A stretch of DNA of 64,000 nt, taken from assembly GCA_965219685.1 (NCBI GenBank), contig CBDCOH010000002.1, forward strand, positions 512,001 through 576,000, given 5' to 3'. This document shows positions 61,631 through 64,000 of this stretch, one piece after another. Position 1 is the stretch's first letter. Each line of letters begins with the position of its first letter. The DNA comes from Candidatus Spongiisociaceae bacterium (GTDB taxonomy: Bacteria; Actinomycetota; Acidimicrobiia; Spongiisociales; Spongiisociaceae). The notes beneath the pieces are model-generated. The model was not told the DNA's origin. It did no database searches and was given only the letters and a program-made list of their open reading frames with translations. The translations under genes were made by a program, and so were the position numbers.

Positions 61631-62574
61631 AGCTTCCTTACAGAGCGCCGCTGGCCAACCTGCCCACGCCCCTGGTGGCTGCCCCGCGCCTGTCCGAGGA
61701 GATCGGCGTCGAGGTCCTACTGAAGCGGGATGACCTGACCGGCGTAGGTCTCGGAGGCAACAAGGCGCGGGCGGTCGAGTTCCACGTCGGAGCCGCGGAA
61801 GTTGCAGCAACCGATGTTTTCCTGACCGGAGGTGGACCCAGATCCAATTGGGTACTGACCGCCGCATCGGGCGCCGTCCAGCGGGGCTTGGCGGTTGAAC
61901 TGGTGATGTTCGGGGATCGGCCCCCGCCGGGCCGGGGGAGCCTCGACCTGCTGGATCGGTTGGAAGGAGTGAGGGTGACCTTCACGGGCAATCCGGCTCG
62001 TCTATCGGTCGATCCCGTCCTGGAGTCCCTGTTCGAACGGCTAGGGGATGCGGGGCGCCGGCCGTATGCGGTGGGCCGGGGCGGAGCGGACCCGGTCGGC
62101 GCCCTCGGCTACCTGGCGGCGGTGGATGAACTCGAGATGCAGCTGGAACGGATGGGGATGGCCGCGGGTACCGTCTGGCTGGCAACCGGGTCGTGCGGTA
62201 CCCAGGCCGGACTGGTAGCGGGCTACCGGAGGCGTTCCATGGCACCCCGCATTGTCGGGGTGTCCGTGCATCGCCCCGTCGACGAATGCAGGCGGCGGAT
62301 CCGGAGGATCTCCGATTCGACCCTGGACATGCTTGCTGTCCAGGAGCGGAACGAGGTCGCTTGGGAGGTGCTCGACGAGCGTGAACCCGATCCCGCGGAG
62401 GTCGAGAAGGCCGCATCGCTCATGGCCAGGACCGAAGGAGTGTTCCTGGATCCCGAGTACGGGTCTCCGGCTCTCGCGGCGCTCGTCAGGGAGAAGTCCG
62501 GCCTGGCTCATCCGATCGTGTTCCTGGTGACCGGTGGAACCCTCAACCTGTTCCTAGGGAGTTCGGCGGCGTGA
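61627..62574 (+). CDS. PLP-dependent D-cysteine desulfhydrase/ACC-deaminase family enzyme (XcbE-like)
   Basis: LPTPL, KRDDLTGVGLGGNKAR, GSCGTQAGL, TEGVFLDPEY, TGG. Confidence 0.85.
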   Translation: MKLPYRAPLANLPTPLVAAPRLSEEIGVEVLLKRDDLTGVGLGGNKARAVEFHVGAAEVAATDVFLTGGGPRSNWVLTAASGAVQRGLAVELVMFGDRPPPGRGSLDLLDRLEGVRVTFTGNPARLSVDPVLESLFERLGDAGRRPYAVGRGGADPVGALGYLAAVDELEMQLERMGMAAGTVWLATGSCGTQAGLVAGYRRRSMAPRIVGVSVHRPVDECRRRIRRISDSTLDMLAVQERNEVAWEVLDEREPDPAEVEKAASLMARTEGVFLDPEYGSPALAALVREKSGLAHPIVFLVTGGTLNLFLGSSAA

Positions 62575-64000
62575 GCGCGCGGCCGGAGGAGGAACTAGGG
62601 GCGGAGGTAGACCGCCTCCTGGCGGTGATCGAGGGCGGCGTGTTCGGGGGCGCCGATCCGGCGACCGCGGCCGCCATCGAGGCTCCCGAGGGATACCTCG
62701 GGGCGGAGGGGCGATTGGGGTCAGGTCCATCTCCGGCCCTGGTCGACGCCGGCTACCGCTTGGAAGTGGCAGATGCCCGTATCCTTCACGAGGGTTTGTG
62801 TCTGGCCGACCTCGCCCACGTTCTGGAACTGGTGGATGCGGAGGTCGCCCCGAGGAGGGCGGCGGCCCGGTTGTGCCGCGTGCTTCTCGATTTCCTCTCC
62901 ACCCCGGTGGAGTCCTTCCCCTACGACCCCTTGTACGGCGATGCGTACAACAGCCGGGAACGGGAGCTGGAACGCCGGATCGGTGCGGCCGCAGGATGGC
63001 TCCCGACCGGGCGCACCCGTCGCGAGGCAGGACGCCTCGCGATCCGCCTCGCCCTCCGCAGCCGCATCCTTGATCTTCACACGGCGGTCGCGGGCCTTGC
63101 CACCAGGCTCGTGCAGAGGGCGCTGGAATTGGCGTCCGTCCCGTGGAACGACACCACATACCTGCAACCTGCCCAGCCTTCCTCGTTCGGCTACTACCTG
63201 GCCGGCTTCGCCGAACAGGCCATTCGGGACCTCCAACGTGTCCGGAGTTGCCACCGGTGGGCGAACCTCTCGCCGGGCGGTTCCGGTGGCGTGGGTGGGA
63301 CTTCCATCCCCCTGAGCCGGGGGAGGATCTCGGACCGGCTGGGATTCCGCCGGCCGACACGCCACATCCGCGACGGCATGTGGTCGGCCGACGGGATGGT
63401 CGATTGCACGGTCGCCGCGACCCAGGCGGTCATGAACGCCGACCGCCTCGCCGAGGACCTCGAGGTGTTCGCCACGCCCCAGTTCGGTTACGTAGCCCTG
63501 GGAGGTTCCTCGTCGAGGGCCTCGGTGTTGCTTCCCCAGAAGCGCAACCCGTACGCCTTGGCGGTGATCCGGGGAGGCTGCGGGACGCTGATCGGCAGAT
63601 CCACCGGTCTGATGAGCACGCAGCGGACCCCGTCGGCCCGAACCGACAACTGGCTCTACGCCTACGGCGAAGTCACCGGCTCCGTGGAGCTGGCGGGTTG
63701 CCTGTTGCGCTTGGCGGCCGATGTCGTCACGACCATGGAGGTCGACGTCGGGAGGTTGGCGGACTCTGCGGGCGACAACTTCACCACTGCCACCGACCTC
63801 ACCGAACTCCTGGTGCTCGAGCGCGGCCTGGACTACCGGAGCGCGTACCGCATCGTCGGGCGGGCGGTGGCGAACGTGTCCGAACGCGAGGGGACCAGGG
63901 TGGCCGCCGTGGACCTGGAACGGGCGGCGGGGGAGTGCGGGATCGATCTCTCCGGTCTCTCCTCGGCGGTCGAGCGGGCGGGCGATGTCGACGCCCTCAT
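62571..64000 (+). CDS. Argininosuccinate-lyase-like enzyme (XcbC-like), partial; runs off window
   Basis: Own translation from GTG 62571 shows no stop: GLCLADLAH, YGDAYNSRE, GRTRRE, TYLQPAQP, SRASVLLPQKRNPY, RSAYRIVGRAV. Confidence 0.82.
   Translation, partial: MSARPEEELGAEVDRLLAVIEGGVFGGADPATAAAIEAPEGYLGAEGRLGSGPSPALVDAGYRLEVADARILHEGLCLADLAHVLELVDAEVAPRRAAARLCRVLLDFLSTPVESFPYDPLYGDAYNSRERELERRIGAAAGWLPTGRTRREAGRLAIRLALRSRILDLHTAVAGLATRLVQRALELASVPWNDTTYLQPAQPSSFGYYLAGFAEQAIRDLQRVRSCHRWANLSPGGSGGVGGTSIPLSRGRISDRLGFRRPTRHIRDGMWSADGMVDCTVAATQAVMNADRLAEDLEVFATPQFGYVALGGSSSRASVLLPQKRNPYALAVIRGGCGTLIGRSTGLMSTQRTPSARTDNWLYAYGEVTGSVELAGCLLRLAADVVTTMEVDVGRLADSAGDNFTTATDLTELLVLERGLDYRSAYRIVGRAVANVSEREGTRVAAVDLERAAGECGIDLSGLSSAVERAGDVDAL

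Noticed and set aside
60284-64000. Housekeeping purB, dcyD and argH
   Set aside because: Signature loops are divergent (GSITMPQK, ASVLLPQK) and the genes are coupled with EaCoMT and comA, matching Xcb enzymes.

Overview
GC-rich actinobacterial window. Gene content suggests Acidimicrobiia, and the FN3/PKD surface-protein relic and coiled-coil repeat proteins hint at a marine or sponge-associated lineage; both points are inference. From left to right: a partial SOS-regulated DUF222/HNH-like gene, dsbB-tlpA-tkt, and a dispersed cell-surface glycan system (Wzm/Wzt ABC, two pyruvyl-transferase/flippase-like/GT-C modules, giant GT2s, an SLH-SpoIID protein, a priming sugar transferase, WecB). Then come a MerR-thioredoxin-like fusion with a classic 19-bp-spacer operator, a decayed FN3/PKD adhesin gene, housekeeping genes (pepA, moeB/Z, sirtuin, class A PBP, methylmalonyl-CoA mutase, LpdA-like, biotin carboxylase/PccB/BirA) and decayed toxin-antitoxin relics. 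From about 49.2 kb to the end lies a near-complete coenzyme M (CoM) biosynthesis plus CoM-dependent epoxide carboxylation cluster (comA/xcbB, xecC with a 1-nt frameshift, xecD, xecE-like, xecA/etnE, xcbA/D/E/C-like, CoA transferase, acyl-CoA ligase), with no alkene monooxygenase in the window. A second striking signal is eight intergenic loci of 7-bp tandem arrays, six of them paired inward-facing arms. The arrays often start at or inside the final codons, so five unrelated proteins end in [E/D]W(C)-stop. No rRNA, tRNA or CRISPR array was recognised.
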